Shown: piece after piece, positions 26,681 through 27,235 of the stretch
Numbering within the stretch: position 1 is the first letter of the stretch
How the letters are laid out: each line of letters begins with the position of its first letter
From: Bdellovibrionales bacterium
Lineage (GTDB): Bacteria > Bdellovibrionota > Bdellovibrionia > Bdellovibrionales > DASUEL01
Length of the DNA: 27,235 nucleotides
Assembly (NCBI GenBank): GCA_050250255.1
Contig: JBFWOZ010000041.1
Coordinates: 1-27,235 of the forward strand
Direction: 5' to 3'
The notes under the pieces: model-generated
Told to the model about the DNA's origin: nothing
The model's database searches: none
Seen by the model: only the letters and a program-made list of their open reading frames with translations
Program-made: the position numbers and the translations under genes

Positions 26681-27235
26681 TTAGAGGTCTAAAAAAGTTT
26701 GTAGATTTATTTTTTGAGATTTATCTCTTGACTGGGGGGTGCGGAAAATACTTTTTATTTTTTCTAGTTGACTCACTAATCTTCCGGTCGCAATAGCTGC
26801 CGCCTGAGAGGAACCCGTACGCGAGCCATAATTATTTTTTGGTAAAGTTGAAATCATATTTTGACCACAAACATACAGATTGTTTTTCCCAGTATTTCGA
26901 TTGCTGGTACGTAATACCAGACCTGTTTTATCAACCGCTACGACCGAGAGGATGTTGAGAAGATTATAGGCCGCGGGATAAAAACGAAAATCTTTTTGAT
27001 TCATGAGCTTGTTGCCTCCGGCTGCTACAACGAGAATATTTTTTCGTGAAGCCTGAGCCAAAAGGCGATATTCTTCATGGCTATAGCTCATGCCACCGCC
27101 AGAAACGTTAATCACATTTACATCGTTTGCAATCGCGTATTTTAAAGCCTCTAAAAAAGCATCTTTTTGTTGCTGGAAAGACATATTTTGATCGAAATAC
27201 TTAATCGGCATAAGTTCGAAAGAAACATTTGAAGA
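26681..27235 (-). CDS. S8 (subtilisin-like) serine peptidase, C-terminal part (5' end outside window)
   Basis: Frame open to the window edge. VINVSGG, VAAGGN (oxyanion Asn), FYPAAY, STLP..., GSSQAAA (catalytic Ser motif). Confidence 0.88.
   Translation of the reverse strand, partial: SSNVSFELMPIKYFDQNMSFQQQKDAFLEALKYAIANDVNVINVSGGGMSYSHEEYRLLAQASRKNILVVAAGGNKLMNQKDFRFYPAAYNLLNILSVVAVDKTGLVLRTSNRNTGKNNLYVCGQNMISTLPKNNYGSRTGSSQAAAIATGRLVSQLEKIKSIFRTPQSRDKSQKINLQTFLDL

Noticed and set aside
1..27235. CRISPR arrays, tRNA/rRNA genes, transposases, prophage or defence genes
   Set aside because: No spaced direct repeats, cloverleafs or corresponding protein motifs were seen.

Overview
A gene-dense, moderately AT-rich bacterial chromosomal window. 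Gene content (Csd6/Pgp2/Bd1075-like LD-peptidase, DUF3015, REC-PilZ, RSPAS-motif secreted protein, small OM barrels) suggests a Bdellovibrionota-like organism, which is inference. Most genes are ordinary: DAACS symporter end, two 2OG-Fe(II) oxygenases, exported MsrB-MsrA, flavin monooxygenase, rsgA, ndh, rhodanese, uup, pirin, hybrid kinase, S8 protease. The standout is a three-gene urate-catabolism locus (11275-17467) with uraH, puuD and a 1564-aa four-domain fusion: malate synthase, OHCU decarboxylase, beta-lactamase-family serine hydrolase and allantoicase. The serine hydrolase sits exactly where the otherwise missing allantoinase belongs, so it is a candidate third class of allantoinase. 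Three structured non-coding segments also stand out: (i) a 270-bp MITE-like element folding into a perfect four-way junction with tandem GA arms (2466-2735), (ii) a related ~125-nt palindrome in front of puuD (17477-17604), and (iii) a ~215-nt candidate sRNA between a sigma54-type promoter and a terminator (22954-23172). All calls come from reading motifs by eye; no database searches were run.
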